From Octopus bimaculoides (taxonomy: Eukaryota): a stretch of 51,850 bases of DNA. Each line of letters starts with the position of its first letter. Position 1 is the first letter of the stretch. The notes beneath the pieces were generated by a model. It did not search any database, was not told where the DNA came from, and saw only the letters and a list, made by a program, of their open reading frames with translations. Both the position numbers and the translations under genes were made by a program. The DNA lies in NCBI RefSeq assembly GCF_001194135.2, contig NC_068986.1:61974698-62026547 (forward strand), in the 5' to 3' direction. Of this stretch, positions 23,732 to 35,392 are shown in pieces.

Positions 23732-24185
23732 GAGTGTGAGTTTTCATTATTTGTTGATAAAACTACTGATGTAAGTACAAGAAACAGCTTGTACTGTTAG
23801 TAAGATTTTATGATTGTAGCACTCCAAAAATATTATTAATAGTCATTTAATTCTTTTGGAAGCCAAGGATTGCTCTGCTAATGAAATTTTTTCCTCTATT
23901 GAAAGATTCTCCACCTTACATGAAGGATTTGCCAGTGACAATGCTAGTGTAATGATGGGACAGAAGGGTGGTGTGCTGGCATTACTGAAGAACAAAGTTC
24001 CCTCTCTCTTTATTCAGCGTTGTGTCTGTGACTCTATGCATATCTGTGCATCAAAATCATATTCAGAATTACCTTCATGTTTAGAACTTGCTAGAAGCAT
24101 ATATTCATTCCTCTCAAATAGCCCAAAGAGACTGCAGGAATATGAAGAATTTCAGGCATTTACTCAAACAAATCCTCATAAATTA
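23732..24185 (+). mobile_element. hAT transposase pseudogene, catalytic part (continuation of 21177-21520)
   Basis: FSLFVDKTTDVST (first catalytic D), GFASDNASVMMG (second D), RCVCDSMHICAS (CxxH region), SYSELPSCLELARSIYSFLSNSPKR. Confidence 0.8.
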
Positions 24186-24407
24186 TTCTTTTCTACTCTA
24201 GGCAGAAGGCCGGGAATGTTTTTTTTTGGGGGGGGGGGGGCAGTCGATTAGATCGACACCAGTACACAGCTGGTACTTAATTTATTGACCCCGAAAGGAT
24301 GAAAGGCAAAGTCAACCTTGGTGGAATTTGAACTCAGAATGTAGACAGATGAAATACCTCTAAGCATTTCAACCTGCGTGCTAACGTTTCTGCCACCTCA
24401 CTGTCTT
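24186..24407 (-). mobile_element. tRNA-derived SINE (family B) with 14-bp TSD
   Basis: Core gaccccgaaaggatgaaaggcaaagtcaacc; TSD atcctcataaatta at 24172-24185 and 24408-24421. Confidence 0.9.
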
Positions 24408-24421
24408 ATCCTCATAAATTA

Positions 24422-24760
24422 GGATCTTTTCCCTTTGAACGGCACATCGAGAAATTAATTTTTTGTAACTAAACAGTTTCAAATTTCGGAAACTGGTAGA
24501 ATGTATCATATAAAACGTCTTTTACTCTTAGTGATGTTGAGAAAAGTTTATATTTTCAAAGTTATTTCGTGTTAAAGTTGTCTTATTTCGGTAATTTCAA
24601 GCAATGACGTGTATTCAGCTGAATAAAATTACTGCTGTTGTTTGTCAACAACAACTTCCGGCGGTGTATATTTCGTTTGTCACTGTTATTTATGACATAT
24701 TTCATCTCAGTTATGTTTGTATGATTACCTTGGACATTGTTCTCACAAATCGGATCTTTC
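24422..24760. repeat. Unclassified repeat fragment (CpG-retaining)
   Basis: CG-containing block that abruptly replaces the hAT coding sequence; family not determinable. Confidence 0.3.
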
Positions 24761-25777
24761 CTGGGTCAAATTTTTTTACTATTTGTTGTGGAAAATTAAT
24801 GCCATTGCTGTTGGATTTGCCTAAAGAAAATTGTAACTACAAAAGTTGGCAAAGTGAAATTAATTATTTTACTATGAGAAAGAGGAGTTTAGAATTGAAA
24901 TATAGAAAATAATCTTATCATCTGTATTTTGCTTGAGTTTGCAGTAGGATATAGCATGGCCCTCTAAAATTAGAAACATGAACTGAATATTTTAGTAAAT
25001 CAGTATTATTATTGGTTGCTACTGTAGATTATGGGCAAAAAATGTTCATAGTGAGCTGAATTTTTCAACTCGTCTTACTTTTTGGTCGAAGCAATTTCAT
25101 TTTTTACATATCCCTTCCATCTTTGGTAAAGACATAATTGTTGCATCATCTTGTTTCTTTTCTCTGATAAGTTGCAAGCTTTAAACCTATTATGAAAAAC
25201 CATTATTAGATACTGTTGTATCACAGCTAATATGTCCAGGAGATTTGGACCTATCCTGCACAACTAGTTTAACTAAGGCATATGAAAGTTGACAGACACA
25301 ACATCTACTCCAGATATTTTATAAAATACTTGCACTCTTAAAATAGAGTGCAGTTGTTCCAATATTTTTCTCCTAGTTATTTTGCTTCAGTTTGTGATCT
25401 ATAGAAATGTTTTATTGTTTCTGAGCAGGATGCATTACTGCACACCCTTCTTGCCACAGGGAATAGGAAACAAAATATCTGAAAATGTTACTCGTAAGAG
25501 ATTATTCTTCATTCATTTTTACATAGCTCTAAAGTAACTGGAATTCAGTACTGACCAATACCTGGACCTCTGCAGTTTGCAATTAAATTTTTTTAAATAA
25601 ATAGTCCAGGTTTTGTAATGATAACTATGATTCCTTATATAGGCATGACATATTTTGGGACAGAAAATAATTATTTCAATCTCTAGTTCTTGACTGAAAT
25701 GATTTTATTGGCTTTGGAAGGATGAAAGACATAAACTGACTTGAGTGGGGTTTAAACAAAGAATATAAAGAAAAGTA

Positions 25778-28140
25778 CCATATTTGCTGGTGTATTAACC
25801 GCACTTTTTCTGATGGGGAAAATCCAGGAAAAGGGGTGTGCGGTTTATACATGGGTACAATGAAAAGTCAGTCTAAAGCCCGAACATTATTTCATGTAAT
25901 TATCCAAGATTCATGTGGTACTAGCTTCTCTTACAATTCTTACTTTTAAAACTAGCAAAAAACCTGTTTAGATATTCTTATTTCAGTGTCATAGTCCATT
26001 TTGTCCGTCATACACTCTTATAACATTACACATTTCAAGCCAACGTATGCCGGTGTTATCTCAATCGCAGCCTCTGCTTAGATGGTGCTGTAGCCCTGTA
26101 GAAGAGGGACATGTACCGGTAGAAAAGTAGTGAGAATTTCTGTAAAGACTTAGCTTTTGTCCAACAAATGCACTATGATTGACAGCTGATTGCAATTTCC
26201 ACTCACCCTTTGACTTACCGTGAATTACCTATGAGTTTGGTAATCCCCAGGTCTACGACATAAACAACTTTTGTTTGGTGACCTAGATGTATGACTTATC
26301 TCACCATGTAGGGAAACGAGAGAGAGAGGGAGAGCTGTGATTTATTCTTGAACGTGATTGTTGAAATGTATTTAGTAGGTAAGAAGTAAATGAAAATGGA
26401 ATATGAAAAAGTTATTTCATATAAGGGGAGGTAATTGCATTTATTCAGAATTATCTTGAACCAGGAAAGGTAAGTTTCAGCACCATCACCAATGTTACAA
26501 AGGAATATAAATCAACTGGAATTTCATTACCGTACCTTAAAGTACTGGTAAGTGCATTGGTTTGTTTGTGTTTTGTAATATATCTACGTAAATACTTAAA
26601 GAAATTGATAATGATGAAAGGAAGCTTTCAAGCTACATCCCATTGATTGGACCACAATTAGCTTTACTGACTTGTCTACTCCGCTTTTCAAGTTCCATGT
26701 GACTCATCTACTTTGCTCTATAAGTTCAATGATGGTGAAGTGATCATGCTGAGACGAACATTCATAGCCGCCTTCAAGCTCTCAGCTCCCAGGTTTGCTG
26801 AGGAGTTTGGAAACCATGCAGTGGGCCGTCACTTCTGGGTTGATGCATCTGTTGTCTGACAGCGCTCCGATAAGGCCACAATCGAATCAATGCCCAAGAA
26901 GAAGAAGGTGATGAGGGGCAAGACTGCGCAGTGGCCGGAATTAGAGGAGAAGCTTCTAGGATGGGTGAAGAAGAAGATGGTGGGATTCACGGTGTCATCA
27001 CCGACCCTTCGAATTGAGGCCAAGAAGATCGCCAAAGACATCAGCATCAGAGACTTGTGTTCCAGCACATCATGAGCTTTCTGGTTTATGCACAGACATG
27101 ATCTGTTCATCAGGTGTCGCACCCACATTGCACAGCAGCCACCTGAAGAGCTTGACAAGAAAACTGAGTGGTTTCAGCAGTTTATCATCAACCTGCGTAA
27201 ATGGCATCAGTACCCTCTGAGCTGCATTGGCAATGCAGACCAGATTTCCCTCACATTTGATCTTCTGATGGCGAGAAGTCTTTGCTAAGAAGGGGAAGAA
27301 AATAGTGGAAATCGTCATAATGGGTCATAAGAAGGACTGTTTTACAGTGATGCTGGCTTGTACGGCTGATGGAGGAAAGCTGCCAACCATACTTTGTCTT
27401 CAAGAAGTCACTACCCAAAGATGCCAAGTTTCTGGAAGGGGTCATTGCTTGAGCCCAAGTGAAAGGTTGGATGGACCAGGCACTCATCAAGGACTGGCTT
27501 CAGGTAGTGTGGGGGTGGCACATCAGTGGACTGCATCAGAGAAGGAGTCTCCTGGTTCTGGATGCATTCAGATGCCACAAGTCAGAAGAAACCAAGGCGA
27601 AGATACGTCATCTGAACATCGATGTGGCAGTGATCCCCAGGGAATGACATCCCTTCTTCAACCCTTTGATGTTGCAATCAACAAACTGTTTAAGGACTGT
27701 CTCAAGCACCGCTGGGAGGATTGGATGGCCAATGCACCGAAGGAGATGACAGAAACTAGGTGCATGAAGAAAGTCAACATGGGGATGATCTGCGAGTGGA
27801 TCCTGAAGATCTGGAAGGAGATTCCAGCAGACATCATCAATCGGGCTTCCCTGAAGTGCTGCATATCCAATGCGCTCGATGGCACAGAAGATGACATCTT
27901 GTGGGAAGACAAGACCATCTCTCCTGACTCTTCTGACTCCAGCAATGACGAGGATGAACTGGCATATGCAGGTGATCAACTCTACGAGGTCTTCAATGGG
28001 TCGTCTGATGATGAAGAGTTCTTAGGCCTTGAGTGAAATCTCTACCCATTAGGGTCGATCTTTTTTTAGGACCACACATTTTCAAGAAAGAATATAAAGA
28101 CCACAATATGAATAAATCATATAAACGCACGTTTTCTTGA
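25778..28140 (+). mobile_element. pogo-family (POGK-like) DNA transposon, transposase pseudogenised
   Basis: 5' end TA|CCATATTTGCTGGTGTATTAACCGCAC with inverted partner gtgcggtttatac. Coding ~26750-28036: Brinker-like RRTFIAAFKL, CENP-B HTH QWPELEEKLLGWV, DDE motifs IGNADQ, KGWMDQ, LLVLDAFRCH, GMTSLLQPFDVAINKLFK; frameshifts present. Confidence 0.85.
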
Positions 28141-28657
28141 ATTTAAAAACTAAGCTTTGTTTTTGATGGTTTACACAAAGAATGGTCTTTGGTAGTGTCC
28201 CAGCAACTTAATATATTTTGAATGTGTATGTGGAAAAAAGAATTTTTTTTGAACAAACATAGGGCTAATTTTTGTAACAGAAGTGTAGTTTATTGTATTA
28301 AACTTGGAAGTATGAAATCAGAATGTAGAACTACATACTCCAGGCATTTAGTCTGTGAATTTTGCCAGCTTATAATAATTCTTGTATGAAAGGTGTGTAT
28401 AGGCATGTACAGCTATTTGAATTCTTTCAGTATAATACTGGTACCTATTAACTGTACAGATGAGATTTGAATACAAAAACAGTCTCTGAATATCTGTGTC
28501 TGCAAAATATCCAGCCAATCATATTTTTTTTCCAACTTCCAATAAGAAAAACTTAATTCTTTTGTTACACTGTTAAAATACACTACATTTGTTTTAATTA
28601 ATTTTGTAAATAATGACATATTTAGTAAAAATAACTGGAATTTGGAACATAAATTAA

Positions 28658-28876
28658 CCCTTCAAATTTCTTTATCTAATGTAATGCTTATTTATTCACT
28701 TTGTCTTGTGTTTGAATTAATTATGTGTTATCCTGTAGCTTTGAGATTTCAATGATGCAACTGTTTATTTTTAGAAGGACATTGTAGGCTAGGTGTGAGA
28801 AGCTGGAGCTGGCCATTTTGAGCATAAAACAGGTAGAATATTTGGGCCAGATATGGCTAGTTTAAATACTAAAGGG
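28658..28876. mobile_element. piggyBac-type MITE remnant
   Basis: TTAA|CCCTT ... AAGGG|TTAA termini (TTAA at 28654-28657 and 28877-28880); left TIR partly deleted. Confidence 0.6.
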
Positions 28877-30049
28877 TTAATATGAAATTTTGAAGGAAGA
28901 TTGTCATTTACAAGAAGTTTGTATCATAGAACCAGGAGTGGTTCTATGATACAGACAAGTTGGCATCAAAATAGTGAGGGGGAAACTTTCAAAGATTGAA
29001 GAGCTGTTTTGTTGCTCACAAGATCACCACAGAAAATGTTATGTGATTCAAGGAGGGGCACACAAATAGTTTTCTCTTACCTTTAATAATAATGGTAGGA
29101 TACAAAATATCGACTCTTCAACTGGTGGTCTGACATCCTTTCAACTCAGTCCAGCTGTGACTCTTTTACTGTTGTTTATTTTATAAGCACATATACCTGC
29201 TCTCTCAGATATTGATTGAAAAGAGATAACATTGATTTTAAATATACTACACACACATGTGAGAATTTTAATAGATTATTTTAAAGCAATATATCTAAAA
29301 ACAGAACACTATTATTGACAGCATTGTTACGACACCAAGGCAAATGCAGTGTGCTATTTAGTTGTGTCTCATTGCCTTTTGAGTTGAAATCCAGCTTTAT
29401 TCTTCATAAAAATGAGTACAAATCATCTGTCTATCTATATATATATATATGTATGATATATAAATATAAGATTGAAGGATCGAGGTGGAGGAAGAAAGTT
29501 AGCTTCAAGCAATTCATAGTAAATATAAAAAACAACTTTCAAGGACAACAGTGGTTTATTGAGATAGAAAGTTGTGGATTTTTTTGTATCAAGTACTATA
29601 TTTCATGGTAGGTGACCAGGATTACTGAGTATGTGAATAAGAAGCAGCTTTGTAATGATTTGGCACACCTCACCTTACTTGGTTGTGTTGTGGTTTATAA
29701 TGCCTCAGATTAGAAAGCATCTAAATTCTATTATTAGTTAATAAAATTCCGTCAGTACACCAGTGGATGGGTCTTCTGCATCACATGATTTCACTGTATC
29801 ACGGATCATCAGTGGTAGCTAGCCAAGCTGAATGCTAGGCAGAAAATCAGTAATACTGATGCAGAATAATAATACTGGTCAAACAGCTGGTGATGCCATG
29901 GAAAGCTGGCAGGCTATGTATAAATTAGCTACTAACAACTTGCTTGTTGCACAGATTTTTATTGAACTCTAGAAATAAATTTCTAGTACCCTTCCTTGCT
30001 TAGCGGAGCTATTACTGCTGCACTTCTCTGGTACATTTTTTTGTGGAGA

Positions 30050-30303
30050 TTCTGAACAGTTTAATCTGCCTCAAACTCATTTCTAATCTGAGTGATAGCA
30101 GTTCACATTGGTGAATAAGTTTGAAACTCCTTCCTTAAATTGTCTTTGCACTTTGACTGCATTTTCATACTGCCAATAGCACTTTATGGAAAATTTCTTT
30201 AGTTCAAAGCTTAGTCTGGCACTCTTCATTATTTCTAATGAGTTAAATCTTAAAAAAAGAGTCATCAGCTGTTAAAATGTGTATAAATTTTTTGGGACTC
30301 CTT
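30050..30303 (-). mobile_element. Tc1/mariner-superfamily 5' fragment with DUF4817-like HTH
   Basis: KKFSIKCYWQYENAVKVQRQFK on the minus strand; TIR-like gtgtataaattttttgggactcc at ~30280-30302. Confidence 0.6.
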
Positions 30304-30307
30304 GCAG

Positions 30308-30712
30308 GCACAGATGTGGTTGTGTGGTTAAGAAGTTTGTTTCCCCTTCTCAATCACATGGTTCTGGGTTCAGTCCCTTTGTGTGGCACCTAGGACAATT
30401 GCCTTCTGCTGCAAGTTCTGGACTAATTAAAGCTTTGTGAGTGGATTTGGTAGATGGAAAGTGAAAACAGCCTATCAGTGTGTGCATATGCGTGTGTGAA
30501 AATTGGTGCTTACTTGTCTCGACATGCTGTAATTGTTTTAAATGTGTGTCACTGTCATGTAAGTGGTGTCCCTCATTTCCAATTTTTTATAAAATCATGT
30601 TCAGTCCACGAGGAAAAATTACCTTACAGGTGAGAGTTGGCAAAATGAAGTGCATCTGGCCATAGAAAATTCTGCCTGACCCATGTCAACATGGAAGATT
30701 GGATATCAAAAT
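30308..30712 (+). mobile_element. tRNA-derived SINE (family A head, RTE-like tail)
   Basis: Head gtgtggttaagaagttt...gggttcagtccc; body aaagctttgtgagtggatttggtagatggaaa; tail acccatgtcaacatggaagattggat. Confidence 0.7.
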
Positions 30713-31569
30713 GGTACACACACACACATTGATTCAATCAATTGTACTTATAAAATTCTCCAACATTTAAATTTTTCTATTATAAGAAATTATTATTATC
30801 ATTTTGATTTACATCATTGCATATCTCAGTTCTAAGTGTGATTCTCTATATTTTAGGAGTTGCTGAGTAATATTTTTTACTTTCTTCTTTGTCTAAATGT
30901 TCAGTTGTGTGTTCTAGTGGAGGATATACATTTCTTTGCTTAACATGTTTATATATTTTTCTTCTATTTGGTATGTAGTCACTGCTAATCTTAGCATCAT
31001 GTCAATTTATGCATTTTGTAAAATTGTTTTCACAAGCCCCAGCATACCCTGTAATATTGGGGTAGGATAGGATGATTAATTTATAGGTATGTCTTTTTTG
31101 TTGGCATTTTGGCTTCATGTTCTATGCCTTTTTAAAGAGTTTTTTGTTGGCTTTTCTTCCATACTATAAGTACTTTTGTTATTTTATTTGTATTATCTAA
31201 TTTTCTAAATATAATTAGTATGTAAAACATATGAATAATTTCTTTTCTTTTGAAATTCACATACTTCAGTGATGAGAAGGTAAATCATATAAATGAGAGA
31301 ACATCCAGGAACTTTTTCTGTTTTGAAATATTCTTTACTCTTAAGTTTTTATGTTATTTTAGTTGCCCAGATGGAAACCAAGTTGACATTTTTCAAGTAA
31401 AGTTTGCTGTTTATTAAGCAGGTATACTTTTAGTTAGTTAAGAATGGTCAGTGTTCTACAGTTTTTTGGTAAGGAAGAAAATGTGTCGTTTGAGATATTA
31501 AAATATTTTACTCCATATATGCTATATGTTTTCTTACTTATGTTGCAGTTTTAAAATGTAGTTATGAAA

Positions 31570-32733
31570 TTATTTATACTTGTGATTTTGCAAGAGAATA
31601 GTCTAAACTCCATATGATGTACCCTATAGACACATAAAAGGTGCAACAATATCAAAGGAAGGTTAACTGGGAAAATAGTTTTTGTGTGTGGTAAATGCAC
31701 TGGGGCAATAAACACTGAAGGTGTACAGAAAGCAGGTTCCATCACATGCCAGGAGAAGAAACTAGAAGCTTCTGCTACCTAGGCGACCAAGTCTGTAGTG
31801 GGGGAGGTTGCTCTGAGAGTGTAGCGACTAGAGTAAGAATAGTTCAGGGAGCTCCTACCTCTGCTGGCAACTAAGGGCCTCTCGCTCAGAGTGAAAGGTA
31901 GACTGTATGATGCATGTGTGCGAACTGCCATGCTACACGGCAGTGAAACATGGGCCATGAATGCTGAGGACATGCATAGGCTTGAAAGAAATAAAGTTAG
32001 TATGATCCACTGGATGTGTAATGTCAGTGTGCATACACGTCAGAGTGTAAGCACCCTTGAGAGAAAAGTTGGGCATAAGAAGCATCAAATGTGGTGTGCA
32101 AGAGGGGCGACTGTGCTGGTATGAAAGGTATGAATGAAGACAGCTGTGTGAGGAAGTACCGCTCCCTAAATGTAGAAGGAACCTGTAGAAGAGGTAGACC
32201 CAGGAAGACATGGGATGAGGTGGTGAAGCATGACCTTTGAACATTGGGCCTCACAGAGGCAATGACAGGAGACCAGGATCTTTGGAGATATGCTGTGATT
32301 GAGAAGACCCAGCAACTAAAGTGAGACCACAGCCACGCATGTTCGGCCCTGTTAAGAATACCCTTTATGTGTTGGGCAATATGACATGCTTGGGAAGACC
32401 TGTTGAGTCGAGTAAAACCAATATCATAGCTGGGGCCAATGCCCCTGACTGGCTCCCATGCCAGTACCCACTGACTGGATTCTGTGCTGGTGGCACATAA
32501 AAAGCACCATCCGAATGTGATCGTTGCCAGGCCTACCTGACTGGCTCCTGTGCCAGTGGCATGTAAAATGCACTCAGTACACTCTTGGAGTGGTTGGTTT
32601 AGGAAGGGCATCCAGCTGTAGAAACAATGCCAGATCAGATTGGTGCCTGGTGCAGCTACTGGCTCTCCAGACGTCAGTCAAACTGTCCAACCCATGCCAG
32701 CATGGAAAACGGACGTTAAATGATGATGATGAT
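31570..32733 (+). mobile_element. RTE-clade LINE, 5'-truncated
   Basis: LKVKGRLYDACVRTAMLHGSETWAMNAEDMHRLERNKVSMIHWMCNV and RGRPRKTWDEVV..D; 3' tail ends ggacgttaaatgatgatgatgat. Confidence 0.85.
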
Positions 32734-33766
32734 AATAGTTAATTATAGCTAACAGGATGATTAATTACCAAGGGATGGCATTTTGAAAAAGGTTTTTACT
32801 CTCCCTTCTTTACTTTTATTCTTATTTACTGGGATATGCTGTTTTGTAAAATATGAGCAGTCCCTATACACTGTCAAGTTAACACCTACAGTGTGGACAA
32901 AGATAGATTGTAGTTTTATCATTGTTTAACATAGCTGCTCTAGTTATATCTCATCTGATTGACCTTCAAAGACTTGAAACTAAAAGTACTCTTAGTTTTA
33001 TAATGCTGTTATATAGTAGATTTTTTTGTTGGTTTTTTTTTAAAAGTATTTTTGAACTTAACATCATAAAAGTGCATGCAGCTACTAAACCAGATCTGTG
33101 ATACAGGTTTGATTCATAACTGAACCATTCCACTTTGATTGCCAATTTTTGGGTGTAGTTAATTCTGTGGAGAGAGGTGGGTTCTGCCAAACTGAAACTC
33201 TGATGATCCAATTAAGAGTTATGTTGATGTTTTTATTTCAAATGTACACAACTCCCTTCATGTTTTTTGATAGTTTTTTCTTTCCTTTCTTTTTACAGAC
33301 AAGGGGGCATGGGAATGGTTTTTGTAAATTGGATATTTGTATATTGATGAAATAAATACTTTTACAGGTTGATGCTCTTCTGTTAAATAGTGAAAGAAAA
33401 TGATTCCATCATGTTATGAAGATTAAGATTAGAAGAATCTAACCTTGTAGTTGTAGATTTGGCATTCAACAAACCCCCATGGACAAAACCAGATTTCTGC
33501 TGAGAATTAAATTCTTAATTTATTGAATTAAATTTCTTAATGAAATTATCTCACCTTTCTGGGCCACATATATAGATCACTTAGTTTTTGTTTTTCTTTG
33601 CTGACAAAGAAGAAAATTTCTACCATTTTTTTGCATACACTGTTCATTATATCCATACACACTTGATTTATCTCAATCCATGTTATTGATTTATTTGAGT
33701 TATTTCTCTAAGCTCAATTAGAACTTACGTTATTAGTAGTTACATTGGAAAAGTTAAAGTTTAGAT

Positions 33767-33910
33767 CAGTCATGGGGAAACTGCAATCTATGAGTTTCTG
33801 AGTGACACACTTAATGAAAACTTACTTTGAATGTTTTTAGTAGTGCAGCCCACCCAATGATGATCCATGTCTCGTCTGGCTTGTTTCTCAAAAAAGGTTG
33901 CCCATATCTG
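33767..33910. mobile_element. hAT (Charlie-like) MITE
   Basis: TIRs cagtcatggggaaact / aggttgcccatatctg; perfect 8-bp TSD gtttagat at 33759-33766 and 33911-33918. Confidence 0.8.
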
Positions 33911-35392
33911 GTTTAGATACTTTGTTCATGATTGGCAATTAATAGAGAGGTAAGTTCATAACTCTTTTCCTTAAAAGTTAATCAGGCTGAAGGATTTGTC
34001 TTGTGATTCTTTCCTGTAACATTCTAATCATGTGTCCGTAGTACTGGAGTTGTGACCTTTCAGTGGCTTTTGGTATTTTAGCTTTTGTTTTTTACAAATG
34101 AATAGTTAATTGTTTCTTATTTATGGAAGTATATTTTGTACACATCACTAGATCTACTTTTGCTAGAAAACTAATTTTTTAATGAATATATTGATCTACA
34201 AATTGTATTTTGTAGCACTGGGTTAAATAACTGGTGTATGTGAAAATATCAATGATTTTTATCCTTAAAACGCATCTCAGATATCTACTAAATTATCAAA
34301 AATAATTTTAAAAATTCTTCTTCACTTCGGTTGTACATTTAGTTTCTTTTTTTAATGATTTGTGATGAGTCAGCTTACATTTTAAATATTGTTTACTATC
34401 AGTTACATCTCTATTCTATTGCTTTGTATGGGTAGCTAATTGTTTGCTGGTGTTTTGAGGAAGCAAAAAGCAACAGATTTTTGTGTTAAAATATTTAATG
34501 CTAGCGGGACCTATGAATATTTCATAACCTATTGGGTTATTTCCAAAAATTTTATCCCCAAATCCTGAAAGTGTAGCCTGCGTTGCGTCTGTATGCTACT
34601 CATTGAAAAGTGAAATAAATTGAAATACAATAATTACATAATGCGCTTGATTTATGTGCAATTTTATGGACTTAATACACAGCACTCATAAAATAAATAT
34701 TCACTCTTATTTTTCCATTTCCCCCATAAACAACAACAAAAAAAAATCCTGTACATATGATACAACCTTTAGTTAAATTGCATATATCTGCCATGTAAAT
34801 AAGCGTGAATATTTCATGGAATTGCACTTAGGCGCATATGCTAAGTAATGGGTGACATAAAAAACTTAGTCCAATTTTTAAAAGATAGATTTTTCACTAT
34901 CCAATCATCATCACCTCTCTCTTTCCCCTCTCTGCCATATTTTTGGCCTTACCATCAGAACATCGCCCTTCTGTTAAAATTATATTTTTAACTCTCCTGT
35001 ATAACTAACCTCTACCTTCAATTAACTTTTTTAACCACATAATCAATATTACATTCCGCCTACCACACAACATGGACAGTTCTCTCTCTCTCTTTTTCTC
35101 TTTCCCTTTTTCTTTCTCCCTCATTTTGTCTCACTCTTCATCTTATCCTTTTTCTCTCTCTCCTTTTTCTTTCTCTCTTTCCCTTCAACTAATCATGTGA
35201 AAGTGTTACAATCACATTCACTCTACCTCGTGTCATGGACACTTCTCTCTCCCTCTTTCATTATTATGTAAAAGCATTACCCACGGGTTAAGTAAGGGAA
35301 TTATAAGATATATAAAATTCTTCAAAGTATTCAGTTTTAAGCATTGTATAAGTGTTTCTTGCTTTGACTTAATAGTATGTAAACAGAAGATA

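Noticed and set aside
27305-28036. 243-aa ORF as a host gene
   Set aside because: Frameshifted C-terminal part of the pogo transposase.
33299-33405. Acceptors at 33299 and 33370 (also 38764) as the exon following 18154
   Set aside because: Good pyrimidine tracts, but phase-1 frames close within 0-21 codons and no convincing donors follow; cannot be supported without transcripts.
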